A stretch of DNA of 64,000 nt from an uncultured Anaerolineaceae bacterium (GTDB lineage Bacteria > Chloroflexota > Anaerolineae > Anaerolineales > UBA4823). How positions within the stretch are numbered: position 1 is the stretch's first letter; the number at the start of each line of letters is the position of its first letter. The stretch spans positions 26,064 through 90,063 of the forward strand of contig CAZWFQ010000003.1 of the NCBI GenBank assembly GCA_964633225.1. Direction: 5' to 3'. The notes under the pieces are model-generated. The model saw only the letters and a list, made by a program, of their open reading frames with translations, was not told the origin of the DNA and did not search any database. The position numbers were made by a program, and so were the translations under genes. Shown piece by piece: positions 63,587 to 64,000 of the stretch.

Positions 63587-64000
63587 AGACATCTATCATC
63601 GACTCATCCTGGTACCAATGCCCAGACGATATCCGCCAGCGCACCTCCGCCGGCGGCATCATCGTGCGCCCAGCCCGCAAAAAATTGTGGGTGGCTTTTG
63701 CGCGCGAAGCCGATTTTCCACTCTACGTGCTGCCCAAAGGCGGCGTTAAGCGCCACGAAAACCTTGAGCAAGCCGCCCGGCGCGAGATTGCAGAAGAAGC
63801 CGGGCTGACCGAGCTGACCCTGCTGCGCTACCTGGGCACCCGCCCACGCCTGAACTTCGCCAAAGATCGCTGGATGACCATCCATTACTTTCTATTCTCC
63901 ACCCAGCAGAAAGACGGTCATCCCACCGATTCTGAACGCCATTACGGCGTCTGGTGGTTTCCGATCACCGACCTGCCTTCTATGTTTTGGCCCGAACAGC
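63583..64000 (+). CDS. NUDIX hydrolase (3' end beyond the window)
   Basis: The ATG at 63583 overlaps the upstream stop (ATGA). My translation: MKTSIIDSSWYQCPDDIRQRTSAGGIIVRP...LPKGGVKRHENLEQAARREIAEEAGL, which is a Nudix box. Open to the window edge. Confidence 0.8.
   Translation, partial: MKTSIIDSSWYQCPDDIRQRTSAGGIIVRPARKKLWVAFAREADFPLYVLPKGGVKRHENLEQAARREIAEEAGLTELTLLRYLGTRPRLNFAKDRWMTIHYFLFSTQQKDGHPTDSERHYGVWWFPITDLPSMFWPEQ

Noticed and set aside
1-64000. Selenocysteine recoding (in-frame TGA splitting a gene), given the selenium-related context.
   Set aside because: No pair of adjacent same-frame ORFs separated by a single TGA was apparent, and all recognised domains are complete within single ORFs. 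The predicted selenium trait uses a labile cofactor ligand, not Sec. A SECIS search was not possible by eye.
1-64000. CRISPR arrays, transposases, integrases, prophage genes, tRNA or rRNA genes.
   Set aside because: No regularly spaced repeats were seen and no recombinase or transposase motifs appear in any frame. The longest non-coding gaps (about 130-210 nt) show no tRNA-like cloverleaf or rRNA similarity that I could recognise.

Overview
High-GC (roughly 58-60%) bacterial chromosomal window. Gene content and promoter style suggest Chloroflexota, but I cannot verify the taxon. I call about 50 protein genes. I saw no rRNA, tRNA, CRISPR array, transposase or integrase.

The main feature is a roughly 45 kb, almost entirely minus-strand supercluster. 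It holds three xanthine-dehydrogenase-family molybdenum hydroxylases:
- A: catalytic subunit 4364-6583, with an FAD/2Fe-2S fusion at 18981-20393.
- B: 24703-27768, with an FAD subunit at 29443-30204.
- C: 41759-44557, with an FAD subunit at 44541-45491.

The same supercluster also carries:
- the marker genes of the labile-selenium molybdenum hydroxylase trait: yqeB (3555-4367), yqeC fused to a mocA-type domain (2168-3553) and ssnA (39784-41118);
- a second mocA and xdhC;
- a coenzyme F420 tail-biosynthesis block (npdG, cofE, a PPase-like gene, cofD, cofC and an LLM oxidoreductase, 35203-39722);
- several nucleotide-dismantling hydrolases;
- a two-component/cyclic-nucleotide module whose two cyclase domains appear degenerate in complementary ways.

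The right-hand part holds an AfsR/SARP-type STAND regulator. It is divergent from a promoter with TTGACGC heptad repeats at SARP-like spacing. That promoter drives a leaderless small ORF and a secreted beta-helix protein. Further right are housekeeping-type genes and a second signalling operon (an SBP-fold protein without a signal peptide, a PAS-GAF-GGDEF protein and a hybrid kinase).

Four genes show a -10 box placed 7-8 nt before the ATG, which suggests leaderless mRNAs. All functional calls come from motif recognition by eye, not from database searches.
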